Shown here: in pieces, positions 23,891 through 37,829 of the stretch
How the letters are laid out: every line of letters begins with the position of its first letter
Numbering within the stretch: position 1 is the first letter of the stretch
Origin: Octopus sinensis
Taxonomy: Eukaryota
DNA length: 64,000 nt
Reading direction: 5' to 3'
NCBI RefSeq assembly: GCF_006345805.1
Contig: NC_043007.1
Location: 73,098,001-73,162,000, forward strand
The notes under the pieces: generated by a model
Seen by the model: the letters and a program-made list of their open reading frames with translations, nothing else
Told to the model about the DNA's origin: nothing
Database searches by the model: none
Translations under genes and position numbers: made by a program

Positions 23891-24542
23891 TATTATTTTT
23901 CTGATTTCACTGGACTATGGCCATGTTAGGGCATCACTTCCAAAGCTTCAGTAAATTATATCGATTCCAGTACTGATTTCCGTCTGGTAGTTATTTTATC
24001 AATTTCTCTTTGGTGAACTGCTGGGGTAAAAGACACAAATACACATACATACATGTACACACACATACATACATGTACACACACATGCACACACATACAC
24101 TATACACATAGATTTCCATACAGTCTCCTTTGGTCGACTCAAGCACAAAGTGCATAGCAATGATACTTTGGGAAAGTGTCTGGTCTAAAGTTCCCTTTTT
24201 TAATCTTTAGCACACGTAAAGCACATTATGTTGCCATAGAATTTTCTCCCTTGTAGTTGCAGGCACATTGTGTCACACTGAGAGGGGAGAATACTCATAC
24301 AATGACATAATGCTGCTCCAATGTGCTAAAGGTTAAAATGCAGATGAGAGAAATAGAGATAATCATCTGCATCGGAAAGATTCTGGAACATAAATCACTA
24401 AATCTCACTACACACTACACGTTTTCAGTATTTACCATTAAATAAATAACAAAACCAGTGGATAGATAGACATCAGTCAACAATCAAGTAAAACCTACGT
24501 ATTATTAGTGTTATTTTTGTGGTCACAATATAAGAGCAGGTG

Positions 24543-24775
24543 TAAGGTGGCGAGCTGGCAGAAACGTTAGCATGGCGGGCGAAATGCGTAACCGTATTTC
24601 GTCTGCCACTACGTTCTGAGTTCAAATTCCGCCAAGGTCAACTTTGCCTTTCATCCTTTCAGGGTTGATTAAATAAGTACCAGTTGCGCACTGGGGTCGA
24701 CATAATCAACTTAATGCATTTGTCTGTCCTTGTTTGTCCTCTGTGTTTAGCCCCTTGTGGGTAGTAAAGATATAG
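24543..24775 (+). mobile_element. Young family-B SINE monomer
   Basis: AAGGTGGCGAGCTGGCAGAAACG head through GTGGGTAGTAAAGATATAGG end; same subfamily as the 61.8-kb array. Another copy at 31872-32080. Confidence 0.85.
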
Positions 24776-26329
24776 GAATGTGAGCATGCCGGGCAAAATG
24801 CTTAGCAGCATTTTGTCTGTCCTAACATTTCGAATTTAAACTCCACTGAGGTCAACTTTGTCATTGCCACCACCGCTATCATCATCATCATCATCATTTA
24901 CACTCCTCCATGTTGGCATGGACTGGATGGTTCAACTGGAGCTGGCAAGCCAGAGGACTGCACTAAACTCCTGTGTCCGCTTTGGCATGTTTTTTACAAC
25001 TGGATGCCTTTTCTAATGCCAACCATCCTACAGAGTGTACTCGGTGCCTTTTATGTGGTACTAGCACTGGTGAGGTTACCAAGTAAATTGCAACTAAAAT
25101 GGTATAGTATTAAAGGAGATGATTTATGCAAGGGGATAAAAGGTTAAAGAATGACAGAAGAATGCAAAGTTGACACCACTGACATCAGCAGACATTTGCA
25201 GTTGAACATGACAGATGAAGCAAACTAATCATTTTCACAGACTGACACCTCTTTCCATGACAGAACTTTTTTCTATTCCTTTTTCTATTCATCTCGGTAA
25301 CAGTTAGCCTTCTCTCTCTTCCAAGCATACACATATCATGTGCTCTTTCCTCACTTTTCATATAAAAGTTTAAAACACAGATGCTGTTATCTTCAATCTT
25401 CATTTGTTAAATTTTATTTTGAGTCACCTTCTGTGTTAGCTTTCTATTTCTTCTTCATCATTTTAGAGTCCACTTTTGCATTTTCCATATTTGCACAGGT
25501 CAATTACAAAGGTAGAGCCCTTCCTGTCACCAACATTCACCAATTTCCAAGCAAGGTAATATTTTCCCATGACCAGAAATTAGAAATGAATGCAGAATAT
25601 TGAAAATGAATGACACTGTTGGTGCAACAAGGACACTCAAATTTCAATTATTGTGTAGTATGAAGACAAGCAAACACAGACACATGCATGCACACACACA
25701 CATACACATTCACTCACTCACACACATGTACACACATACACACACACATGCACATGCACACACACCACACACACACACACACACATGCTCACGCGCACAC
25801 ATACACATCACAGTCTTCTTTAATCTTCCATCAACCAAACCCACTCGCAAGGCTTTGTTCAACACTTCCTGCAATAGCTCTATATCCATTTCCCAACCGT
25901 GACTGCTGCATTTCTTCTATTTATAAAAAATACACAGTTCAAAACATCATCTTAACACTCAAATTCTAATAATAATCCTTCATCCACTTTGGAACAGCCA
26001 TTTCTTTAAAGAGCCAAAATTCAACTTGGAGACTGAATTTCCTCTTCACTTAAAAAAACATATCAGCTCTAAACAGCTGCCAACACTTCAAATAAGTCCA
26101 CTTCACACTGGAGTACTGCTTCCATAAGACACCAAGACATTCTAAATTCCTTTAAACATTGTACATAGTTATTGTTTAAAGGAATTTAGTGACACATTAA
26201 AGAGTACTCGGTACACTCTAAGGAGTGGTTGGCATTAGGAAAAGCATCTAGTTGCAGGGATCAAGCAAAAACAGACTGGAGCCTGGTGCAGCTCTCTGGT
26301 TTACCAGTTCCAGTCAAACAGTTTAACCC

Positions 26330-26769
26330 ATACCATGATCTTTGGAGAAAGTCAGAAGTAGACGAAACTCTGATGTCTGGCAACTGACTTGGCAGACACC
26401 CATAAAATTATTAACCATCTTACAAACAATAACTCTGAGCACCTTTTCAAAATCCATCTGTCTAACACCCGTGGACATGTTTACAAAGTCAGAAAACAGC
26501 ACAGCTCCCATGACTTTCGGAAACATTTTTTCCACGCATGGAACAAACTGCCAGCATCAGTTGTTAGTTGTTGGAGCACTGCATCCTTCAAAACTTCCAT
26601 GCTTTCTGAGATTCGTCAACACTACACCTGATTTTCTCCCCTCCATACACATGCAAGCATGTATCTGTCTGATACACTGTTCACTTTCCAGACATTTGTA
26701 CATTATTGCATATGCTTTATATGCACTTTTGACAAGTTGTGGTGCACCTGAGCACTGTATACAATAATT

Positions 26770-26800
<31 letters not shown>
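26330..26800 (+). mobile_element. CR1 LINE 3' end with (TTA)n tail
   Basis: TRGHVYKVRKQHSSHDFRKHFF..WNKLPASVV...FK, the CR1 C-terminal motif. Confidence 0.85.
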
Positions 26801-27754
26801 AAGAATTGAAAGCATCTTTAATACAAGTTACTTGGTGACCTCATAAGTGCCAGTGTCAATGTAAAATAAAAAAAACATCCAATATACTCTGTGAAGTGAC
26901 TGGTATTACAAAAACCATAGAAACCATGATAAAGAAGACATCGAACATGATGCAGTCCTCTGGTCCAACAAATCCTGTTGAACTGTCCAGCCCTTGCCAG
27001 CATGGACAGCATACATTATATGGTGATGATGATGATGATTGTGGTGATGCTGCTACAGATGATGATGGTGGGGATGGGGGTGATGATGACAGTGGCGACA
27101 ATGGTGCATGCTGGCGACAAAGTTTCATTTCCATGTGTGTATCATAAGATTATTTGACCAGAATACCTGTCGAATATTTACTTTTTCATAATACTGAATG
27201 AATCAGATTTTTATTTCATTATAGTTTTCTATAATGATCCCATTTGAAGTAAGATCTCTAGTGAATCTAGTTTTCAGACCTTGCTAGTTCCAAAAGTTGT
27301 ACACGATATCTAATAAGTATTTGTCTTATTAAACCCTGACAACTCTGTCAGATGTAATCCTTATTTATTCCTATTGTTTTGAATTAATCATGCATTATCT
27401 CATAGCTACAAGATTTTGATAATGTGATTGTTTATTTTTAGAATGACACTGCAGGGTAGGTATGAAAGAGCAGACCTTGTTGGCTTCAACATAACGCAGA
27501 CAGAATATTTGGGCCAGATATGGCCAGTTTATATGTTAAAGGGTTAAAAGCATAATGAGAATGATAGGTCATAAATGAGCTGATGGAGATGGTTATAAGT
27601 TTCCATAATTCTGTATCTATGCCCATAAACAGGGATAAGTTGAATAACTAACAAGAAAATTTAGCTCAATGACAAAACAGAAATATTTTGAAATATTCAT
27701 TGTGGATCTTCAGTCCAGTCAGTCATAAATCCTAAATCTAAATTGATATTTCTA

Positions 27755-28270
27755 TCTTTTATCTTTTACTTGTTACAGTTACTTGACTGTGGTCATGCTG
27801 GGGCACTGCCTTGAAGAATTTTAGTTTAACATGTTGAATCCCAGTATGTTTTATTTTTATGTCAGGTACTTACTCTATTCCATTTTTTCTTTCTGAACCA
27901 CTAAGTAGGAATATAAACAAACCAACACTAATTGTCAAGTAGTGCATGTGTGTGTGTGTGTGTGTGCATGTGTGTATGTGTGGGGGGAACTTAACAAACA
28001 TACACATCTATCTATATATATATATAAACATTACACACACACACACAGATATATTATCATCATCATCATTTAATGTTTGTTTTCCATGCTGGCATGGGTT
28101 GGACTGTTTAACAGGCACTGGCTAGGTAGAAGACCATCACAATCTGTTTTGGCATGGTTTTTACAGCTGATTGCCCTTCCTGACACCAACCACCTTACAG
28201 AGCGGACTGGATGCTTTTTACATGGCACCAACACTAGCAGGGTCACCAAGTAACTTATAACACAAAGATC
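27755..28270 (-). mobile_element. CORE-SINE fragment abutting an RTE 3' UTR copy
   Basis: Family A tail at 27755-27950; (CAT)n tail and GCCCTTCCTGACACCAACCAC at 28055-28270. Confidence 0.65.
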
Positions 28271-28799
28271 CTTTGAGAGGGGGTGCATTGAAGGAAGTAG
28301 CCTTGTGCCAGGTGATGACAGGTTAGAGTGTAACAGAGGGAGAGAAACAGGTGTCTTGCTGTAGAGGAGATAACAGTGTTACCTAGTCAGAGGGGGAGAG
28401 AAAGAGAGAGAGAGTGTGTGGAAGAGAACAAGAAGATGAGAGTGCAAGAGAGAGTGAGAGAGATGGTGGTGAAGTGTCAGGGCATACCCTCAAGGTATGG
28501 AAATGAGAATATAAATGGGATGGTAGGGTATTGCCAAGAATACATGAGAAGGGAGTAGGACTTCACATGAATGCAAAGAGCAGGAGTGGGTGGGGTGCAG
28601 TGACTGGTGAAACCTGAATATATAGAGCAGGTCGAGGACATGAGGATAGCAATGGTACAGTGGGCAGGACAGTTAGGACAGGGTTAGAAAGCAAGAGATG
28701 AGCATAAGCGTAGTGCATGAAAAAGAGGAAATGTGAAGAACAGAAGAGGAGACGTAGTTTGGTTTGTTGGGGTAGGGTGTGTGGAAAATTTTATTATTA

Positions 28800-29200
28800 C
28801 ATGTGGGTAGAACACATGGCACTTCCAGTTTCAGGTCTTTTCAAGATCCTCATATTGCCATTGGTCCATTGTCATCTCCACGAAGTCCAACATCCTGAGA
28901 TCGGTCCTCACTATTTCATCCCATGTCTTCCTAGGTCTCCCTCGTCTACTGGTGCCATCCACTTTAAGCAATCGGCACTTCGTTAAACAACTGTCTTCAT
29001 TCATATGATTCACTTGTCCAAACCAATGTATCCTTCCTCCTTGCTGCATTCAGAGCCCATATTTCATTACCATGGAGTATAGCCATTCATGCACAAACGT
29101 CATATAATTTGCCTTTCACTCTGAGAGTCATTTTGTTGCCAAAAGAGGTAATAGCTCTCTGAACTTTCTCCATCTTATTCTTATTCTAGCAACAATATTT
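28800..29200 (-). pseudogene. RTE LINE C-terminal fragment
   Basis: WFGQVNHMNEDSCLTKCRLLKVDGTSRRGRPRKTWDEIVRTDL. Confidence 0.85.
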
Positions 29201-29532
29201 TCAGAACATCCTCCACCACTGCTGGTTGGTTGGCAGGCTGGATAGATGGAAGGTTGAATGGATGGCTGGATGGATTCATTCACAAGACATTAGTTGGCCC
29301 ATGTCTACTGCAGAAGACAACATGCCCAATGCACAGTGGGATTGAACCTGAGAGCACATGACTGCAATAATATAAGCTTTTTAACCATACAGCTATATCT
29401 GTGCTTATTAGGGACGTAAGAAACAAAACAGATATTGTTTTAAATAGCAAATATTTTGGTTTCTACACTAACTAGATTGGTTTAGAAAGTGAGACAATGA
29501 GTCAAGAATTACAAAAGTTTATGATTGATTAC

Positions 29533-29651
29533 CTTGAAAATTTCTTCCAATGTACTTTTGGTAAACTTGTATTGATTAACTGTATTCATCTGTAACAGGT
29601 GGTTTATAGCTTCCTTTTGTAGACTGCGTTGATAACGGAATAACTTTTGAT
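29533..29651 (-). CDS. CCDC134: CCDC134 coding exon 2 ((Y)QKLFRYQRSLQKEAINHLLQMNTVNQYKFTKSTLEEIFK)
   Basis: 119 nt, AG acceptor, AAG|GTAATC donor, phase 1 to 0. Aligns with vertebrate YKKMFEVKRREQLLALKNL...YKILDVMLKGLFK as recalled. Confidence 0.9.
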
Positions 29652-30950
29652 CTATTTAATCATTAAGGAATAATTTTGAAACAATATCACCAAAATGAAA
29701 AAAAAAAGGATTTTCACAATATTTACAATCAAAACTGTGTTGACAAGAATAGAAAATGATCTGTTAGCAAGAATCAGAATAAAAACCTGAAGAATTAATT
29801 CTATGCCCACACATACAGACATATGTATACACATGACAGGTACAGGCATGGCTCCGTGATTGAGAAGTTGCATTGAAACCATGTTGTTTCAGGCACAGTT
29901 CCCACTTATGCATGTTTCATCCACTATATCAGTAGGCCAACCAATGCTTTGCAAGAGGATCGGATAGACAGGAATTGCTTCCCATTCTGACATTTTTCTG
30001 TATGTTGGACAATATACTCTGCTTCATAGACCATAGCTTGTGTGTGGAATCGATAATTCATTGAGCACTTGTGTACTGATTAATCACAGATCCTCTTAAG
30101 AATCAAAAAGAAGTGCAATGTTATAACAATAGACAGCTATACCTGGCAGTTAAAAGAGAAAGTAAAGCGGTACAAAATCAAAAGGAAGTTACTGCAACAG
30201 TCTTGATCATATCTGTATGGAAGTAGACAATGCAAGCTTTCTTTGGCAGAAGGTGAGTCATTCTAAAAAATTCACTCAACCTGAACACTCCCAAAAAGCA
30301 AAATTTTGGATGCTACAATCATGAATGGAAATTTGTTTTGGTAATGTGATCGTGTCCATTTTTGGACTAGAAACCAACATATACACATAAACACAGCTTA
30401 TACACTTCATTCAAAGTGAAAACCAATCCATGAGAAACAACTCTTCTTTTTCACCCAGAAAAATATTTAAAATTCTTTTCACTATGTTCCATTTCTTTTT
30501 ACCAACACTGAGCCACTCAGAAGAAGCTATGTTTGAAGTCATCAAGATTGCTTTAATACAATAATTAGTGCAAAACCAACAGGAAAATTCTGAGCAGTTA
30601 TATATCATATAGATAGCAAAGTAAAAAAGTTAGTTCCTTCTCAAGTCATATAGACTTATAGGGCTGGTTTCCTGGTTTCCATGGCATATATATTCCCCAC
30701 CTGAACAGGATGCAAGCCTGTTGGAGAAATACTCATTTTTGCCAGCTGAATTGTTTGGAGCAATGTGAAATGAAGTGTTTTGCTCAAGAACACAACGCAT
30801 TGCCTGGTCCAGGAATCATAACCACAATCTAACCCCCACTAACTACTAAGCCACCATAGTGCTAGATGATATATTTATATATGCTATAACTGGCCTTTTA
30901 CTCATTCTGAATGCCTTTTTTTTTACTTAAAGTTGATAATAATAATAATA

Positions 30951-31720
30951 GTATAAGTGCTTCTGAAGATAGAGACAGAAGCACTTATATGCACAGCTCA
31001 AGAACAAGCATTAAGGACCAACTATGTGAAGTTCAGAAAAGACAATACTACCAACAGCAACAAATGCGCAATGTGTGGTGAGAGGGGTGAAATGGTATGG
31101 CACATCATTAGCGAATGTTCAAAATTGGTACAACATGAATACAAAAGACGACATGACAATGAGACAAGAATGAACCATTGGGAGCTCTGTGGAAATCATG
31201 GCCTAGAAGGAGCAAAGACATGGTATGAGCAAACCCCAGAAGGAGTCACTGAGAATGAGAATTGCAAAATCCTGTGGGATGCAATGATTCAGTGCAATCA
31301 TCTGACCAGACATCGGAAACTAGACGTTGTTGTGGTGAATAAAAAAGAACGTGCATGATAATCAACATAGCATGTCCTGATGACAACAGGATCAAAGAGA
31401 AAGAAGAAAAAATTTAAAACTACAACAATTTGAAGTGGGGAAATGCGAAGGTTGTGATCAACGAGGAGAGTAGATGTGATACCAATAGTAATTGGCACAC
31501 TTGGAAGTATCAGCACTCAACTACCAACATGGCTCAAAAAGATTGATACAAGTGTGAAGGTAGAACACCTACAAAAATCAGCATTGCTTGGAACTACAAG
31601 AATTCTTTGCAGGGATCTTGAAGCATGACCAGTATACAAATGTCACCTTAGTCTGCTGGCTATGGACAGCTGACACTTTCCATCACACCCAGCAACATAA
31701 GCTATCAGTTTTCATCACAT
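30951..31720 (+). mobile_element. R4/Dong-clade non-LTR element 3' end (CCHC knuckle and restriction-like endonuclease)
   Basis: ETEALICTAQEQALRT, C-x2-C...H-x4-C, YKRRHD, ENENCKILWD, LDVVVVNKK, IPIVIGTLG; flanked by (TAA)n. Confidence 0.85.
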
Positions 31721-32204
31721 AATAATAACAAGCTGGACCTGTGAAAACTTTATGGAAAACAAAACAAATGTAAACATCTGTAAATTGTGTGCTGGTGCTA
31801 TGAGAAATGTTTCTATATTGTGACACTTACGGAATATAGAAAGAAGTGTAAAACTGATAACTATATAACCCGAGCTGGCAGAAGCTTTAGTACGCTGGGC
31901 AAAATGCGCAGCCGTATTTCATCTGCCATTACGTTCTGAGTTCAAATTCCGCCGAGGTCGACTTTGCCTTTCATTCTTTCGGGGTCAATAAATTAAGTAC
32001 CAGTTATGCACTGGGGTTGATATAATCGACTTAATTCGTTTGTCCCATCTATGTTTAGCCCCTTGTGGGTAATAAAGAAACATATATAACCCAACCAAAA
32101 TATCTGTTATGCTAACATCAACAGAATCATTATTTAGCCTTAAAACACATCATACGTATTCAAAGGACTTTCTTAGTTTAGTGGTACAGAATGTTCTTCT
32201 GGTA

Positions 32205-32420
32205 TTCTTTTATTCATTTACTTGTTTCAGTCATTTGACGGTGGCCATATTGGAGCACTGCCCTTTAGTCGAAGAAACCAATCCCTGGACTTATTCCCTG
32301 TAAGCCTGGTGCTTATTCTATCAGTCTCTTCTGCCAAACAGCTAGGTTACGGGGACACAAACACACCAACAGTGGTTGTCAAGTGATGGTGGTGGGGGGA
32401 CAAACACAGGCATAAATATC

Positions 32421-32495
<75 letters not shown>

Positions 32496-32575
32496 GACAG
32501 GCTTCTTTCAGTGTCTGTCTACCAAATTCACTAACGAGGCTTTGGTTAGCCCAAGGCTATAGTAGAAGACACTCT
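32205..32575 (-). mobile_element. CORE-type SINE with expanded (TA)n(TG)n
   Basis: Family A tail and body; head truncated. Confidence 0.8.
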
Positions 32576-34542
32576 TTAAAGTATAGAGTTGAATTTCTTG
32601 TAGCCACCTGTTGGCAACTTTTCTCAACTCACATTCTTGTTGTCATAACCAACAGAGTACCTGTATAAAAGATAATTTCACTATGAACATTTGAAGTTAA
32701 TAGCAATTAATGGAAAGTATTCATAGCAGATGAGGGGGAAAAAAAAATCCAAATAGGGTCAATTTCAGATGCTTGTCTTTTCTTATGAGACGCTGCAACA
32801 AGGCCAACACAAGTGTTATTTCACATAAGACAGTCATCCAACCTTTGATAGAACAAGAGAACAAATGTTCATATATTGATGATAGTAAGGGGGTGAATCA
32901 GCAGATTCATTAACACGCAGGACAAAATGCTTAGAAGCATTTCATCCAGCTTAACGTTCTCAATTCAAAAGTTGCCAAGCTCAACTTGCCTTTCATCTTT
33001 CCGCTGTCGATAAAATAAGTACCAATTGAGTACTGGTGTCGATGTAACTTGACTTATCCCTAACCCCCACATCGCTGGCCAACCAATATATTGATGATAG
33101 TAAGGCAGTGAGCTTTCAGAATTATTACCGCACTGGACAAAACGTTTAGCAGCATTTTGTCCACCTTTACATTCTGAATTCAAATTCTGCCGAGATCTAC
33201 TTTGCCTTTCATCGTTTCAGGGTCGATGAAATAAGTACTAGTGGAGTACTGAGGTCAATATAATCAATTGTATCCTTCTCCCCAAAACTGTTGGCCTTCT
33301 GCCAAAATTTGAAACCAATATATTAATGATAGTCATAATTAAATTAGTAATTAAGGACAATAAGTCAATATATCTAAAATCTAGGTTTAAGATACACTAA
33401 ATATCTTTTACCTGTTTCAATAATTGGACAGCAACCTGGCTGTACTCGAACAAATCGAGACTAATATGTATTTTTTTGTTTGTTTTTTAATGTCTGGTAC
33501 TTATTTTATCGGTCACTTTTGATGAAGTGCTAAGTTACGAGAAAATAAACAAACCGACGTCGGTTTGTGGGAGACACACACATGCACGACGAGATTCCTC
33601 AGTTTCCGTCTGCGAAATTCACTCACAACACATTGATCACCCCAGGGTTATAGGAGACGCTTGCCTACGGTGCAGTCCATTGAGTGGGAGAGAAAGTGTG
33701 TGTGAGAGAGAGTACCACTTACACATACATGCAAAAAATACATCCATGACAACACACCTTCACCCTCTCTTTCTGCCACTTACGTCCATTTCATATACAC
33801 GTACATACATTTTTCACTTTCTCAAAGAGTAAAGAAATAAAATATTTCACGGAAATTAACGAACAACATCATATGTGATTGATAAGTTTGCTGCTAGTAA
33901 CGAAGGAATACCATAAATAATACTAAACGAAATAACTCAAATAATTGCTTAACGCGGTAATGAAACTAAGACAAAATAGAACGGAAGAAGCCTCATACAG
34001 GTCTTTCTAATATTTAGAAATAGCAGCCAATTTCTCTCCAATTATACTTTCCAGTTTCAACGTAGACAAAACTTAAGGATCACCGTCCTTATACACTTAA
34101 AAAGCCGTTATGGTCATAGCAGAAATACATTTACTCATCGGTTGACTCGATCAGGGTTAGTTTGAGGCTAAACAACATCAAAAATAAGAGAAACATTATA
34201 TTTATATATAAACCGGTAAGATAAACGAAGCGAATTAACCGAATAAAGTTAATGATTTCATATTAGATATCATCGGAATTTATCCCATTACGTGTCACTA
34301 ATTTCTAATAAGAACATAAAATCTTGCCGTGCACACTTCAATAACATCCCTGGTGTTTATTTATCTCGTAAAGCAATGTTTTCTTTTTTTCCCAGGCAGC
34401 ATATAAATTGAGTAGGGGGACGTAACTAAACATCACAACATGTTAACCGACACTTAACTATTTCTTCGTGACTGAATACGAAGCATGCTGCTTATAAACA
34501 AAATTCTGTTAAAAATTACACGAATTAAACATTCAAGGATAC

Positions 34543-34672
34543 AAATCGCAATATTTTTGTCTTCATTATTCTTGAGATCATCAGCGGAAGATCCTGAATC
34601 TTTAGCCTGTCCCAGTAAAATCATGTTTAGTAAAAGATACACATTATAAAATATCCAGTTGTGTACCACCAT
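34543..34672 (-). CDS. CCDC134: CCDC134 coding exon 1 (signal peptide; MVVHNWIFYNVYLLLNMILLGQAKDSGSSADDLKNNEDKNIAI + 1 nt)
   Basis: ATG at 34672, hydrophobic signal-peptide-like N-terminus, donor T|GTATCC at 34542. Phase 1 joins exon 2 to form Tyr. An in-frame ATG at 34699 is an alternative start. Confidence 0.85.
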
Positions 34673-34686
34673 TGTCACTGTTTTCA

Positions 34687-34694
34687 CCGGAAGT
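34687..34694. promoter_or_regulatory. ETS-family motif CCGGAAGT at the probable CCDC134 TSS
   Basis: Exact CCGGAAGT 15 nt upstream of the ATG in a CpG-retaining segment. ETS sites are typical of housekeeping core promoters. Confidence 0.5.
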
Positions 34695-35167
34695 GGCATG
34701 GACTTCTATGAAACGTGTGCTTTTAAGAATCTCTCTCTCCCTTTATCTTTCTACCTATCTATCTGCCACATTCTTCCGGCTTTTCGTTCTGAGTTCAATC
34801 TTCACCGAGGTTACAGTTTCCTGTAATCCTTTCAGGTTTGATAAAATAAGTACCAATCAAGTTCTGGAGTCGAGACGGATCGACTAGCTCCTCCCCTAAA
34901 TTTCAAGCATGTGCTTATAGTAGAGTGGATTTTGAAAAAGGCTGCGAGCTAGCAGAATCGTTACTACGTCTAATAAAAATGCTTAGAGACATTTCGTTCG
35001 TCTTTGCCTTCCATCCTTTCGAATTTGATAAAATAAGAACCAGTCGAGCACTGGGGTGGATGTATTCGAGTTACTCCCTCCCCCGAAATAGCTGGCCTTG
35101 TGCCAAAATTTGAAACCATTATTATTATTTCGAGGCCACCAAGAATGGATTTAAAAAAAAAAACTTC

Positions 35168-35567
35168 GGATCTTTTCGGTTTGAACGGCAGTTTTTAACA
35201 TAATTTCTAGGTAACAAAAAAATTTTAAACTTCGTATACTGGTAAAATGTGTTTATAAAACATCTTTTTCTCTCGGCTATATTGAGAAAGTTTGTAAGAT
35301 ATTTGTTGTTGTTTTTTCTGCAATTTCAACAAATCAATGACCGTCTATTGAGGTGAAAAATATTCTGTGCCGTATGAATATGTCCCTCGTTTAAGAAACA
35401 GATTGGGTTTATTTACATTTGTGAAGAAAAAAAGACACCCTTCCCCCACCCCTAACCCTAACCCTAAAATAGATTGAAATGCAATAGATTGATACTAGGG
35501 TCATAATTATGGGTGACAATTTAATATGACACCGCTAGAAAAACTGCCGTTCAAACCGAAAAGATCC
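35168..35567. mobile_element. Complete MITE with 28-bp TIRs and (CCCTAA)n; Merlin-like
   Basis: TIR GGATCTTTTCGGTTTGAACGGCAGTTTT at both ends; flanks AAAACTTC/GAAACTTC (8-bp TSD, 1 mismatch). Confidence 0.8.
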
Positions 35568-35970
35568 GAAACTTCTGACGTTATGTAAACATCTTAATCT
35601 TACAAGAATTAGTCTGTGACGATATGCCCAATGTGTACTCCGTTTGTTTTAGTCAGGCTCAATCCTGCGGAGGAAATTTTTAAAAATGCTAAGTCATCAC
35701 CAGTCAGAACTGTCCCTCAAATTTTATTTACAACTTTTCGCATTCCTTTTCTCCTGTCTTCCGAAGCGAAACGTTTGTTTGGCTTACATCCTGTAGTAAA
35801 TACAGCAACCTTTTTATTGGTTAATACGTAAGAAATTTCTAAACGTCATTTTCCACAACAATACTGCGTTATAAATAAAGACAGTTTCAATTGAATGTAA
35901 CAAGCATGTGTGGGAAAGATCTCCTTTTGTACTCCATCGACCAAAAATATTTTTTTTAGATATTACACGC

Positions 35971-36240
35971 GGTGGGAAATTGATTTTCTACCATGACTTA
36001 TAAATGATAATGATGAGAAAGTCATAAAAGTTAAGAATTTCTATGTAAAAAAAACTTCATTTCTGTATTATGTATATTCATGTCCCAATTTTCCTAAATT
36101 GCCTAACTATGAAATTTGTCGAACCTTGGGACATGAATATACGTAATATAGAAATGAAGTTTTTTAAATAGAAATTCTTAATTTTTATGACTTTCTCGTC
36201 ATTATCATTATAAGACATGGTAGGAAATCACTTTTCCACC
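35971..36240. mobile_element. AT-rich foldback MITE
   Basis: Arms 35971-36088 and 36126-36240 are about 90% reverse-complementary by eye. Confidence 0.8.
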
Positions 36241-37289
36241 ATTCTTTTATTCGTTTCAGTCATTTGACTGAGGCCATGCTGGAGCACCGCCTTTAGTCGA
36301 ACAAATCGACCCCAGGACTTATTCTTTGTAAGCCTAGTACTTATTCTATCGGTATCTTTTGCCGAACCGCTATTCTCTTTCCAATGTTATTTTCATTTTT
36401 TTCATCGTTGTGTTTTTTATTTTATTCATTTTCTTTTCGGTTCTATTCTTCTATAACTTTTGCATATCGTTATAAAATTTGAATAAATTTTATTTCTTTT
36501 CAAACATGTATCCATGTATAATAAGAGTACTTCAACATAAGATAGATATTACAGCATACTCTATTCAATTAATTTCACTAATTGATAGATGCTAGGTGAA
36601 ACAGAAGGGAACTGAGGAAGATTTAAAGAGGAAAGACTTCCTTTTGTAAACCCCACCACCTTATTTTTTAAATTTTTTTACAGAAACCTCAGAAATTGAG
36701 CAAATATCGGCATTTCAAAATTTCACTTCCAAAGTTTCACTTTTAGCGTAAAAGTCAACACATGTGCAATGGCGAAAAGGGTAGATTGCGAGGGGAGGGG
36801 GAGGTTTTTTTTTTCTTTTTTCTAAGTTGAAATTTTACAAACATTTTGGGAGATATTTTTTCAGAATCATAATCTCCGTATTTTTCCATTTCCACATTTT
36901 GCAAAAAAAAAATATTTCTGAAAAAGTAAAAAAAATGAAAAAATTTCTCTCTCTCTCTCTTTCTCTCTGTGAGAGAGAGAGAGAGGTGGGGGTTGTAATG
37001 CCGATTTTTGCCAATTTTTTTTTTTTCAGATTCGTAATCTCCGTACCCGAAAACGGGGATTTCTATTAAAAAAAATTAAAATAAAAAATAAATCGGGTGG
37101 GGGAGTACGAAAGGAAGTCTTGTCTTAAAGAGCAAACCAATGCTTAAGTTAAAATTTAATGACATCCACATCTCCAAGTTGGAAAATTTTAATTACATTC
37201 TTCTTTTCAATCATCGGCGAACACAAGCTACGAAATCGTATCTAATCTCGAATAAGACTGTTTAGAGTTATCTTACTTGAAAACTCATC

Positions 37290-37815
37290 GACGTATATAA
37301 TGGGAGTGACAAAAGAAAAGACCCATGGTGGAAAAAAAGAATACAGGCAGGGTTAGATATGCTATCGAAGGAAATTTCTATGTTAGACCGAGAAAAGAAA
37401 GGGGAGTTTAAAAGCGAAGAAAAATACAGGGAGCTGAAAAGGAAGTATAAAATTGAAAGAAAGGGCCTGAAAGTGGTAATGGAAGAACTGAAACAGCAAG
37501 ATGGTAAAATACGACCAATGAATGAAGGGTTACCACCAGAATAGACTATTCAGAGTAGTTCAGAAGAGATTCTATAAAGAAATAAATGGAGAGTGTACAG
37601 ATGAAAAGTTGATACCAGATAACATTGAAAGTCAAAGGTTTTGGAGTGACATCTGAAGCAAAGACAAGGAGCACAAGAAGGATGCTGAATGGTTGCAAGA
37701 ACTGAAACAAACTAGTCTGTTCAAAACAGGCAGAACTAGTCATTTCAGTTGGGGAAGTGAAGGAAATCAGCAAAAAAATAAGCAACTGGAAGGCTCCGGG
37801 ACCAGATGGAGTTCA
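37290..37815 (+). pseudogene. R4/Dong-clade internal fragment upstream of RT
   Basis: NRLF...KRFYKEI...SQRFWSDI...AEWLQELK...NWKAPGPDGVQ. Confidence 0.75.
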
Positions 37816-37829
37816 ATTGGAAGTCATTA

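Noticed and set aside
29280-29980. Inverted SINE heads flanking CCDC134 exon 2 as a circRNA signal
   Set aside because: Both copies are heavily diverged, so stable pairing is unlikely.
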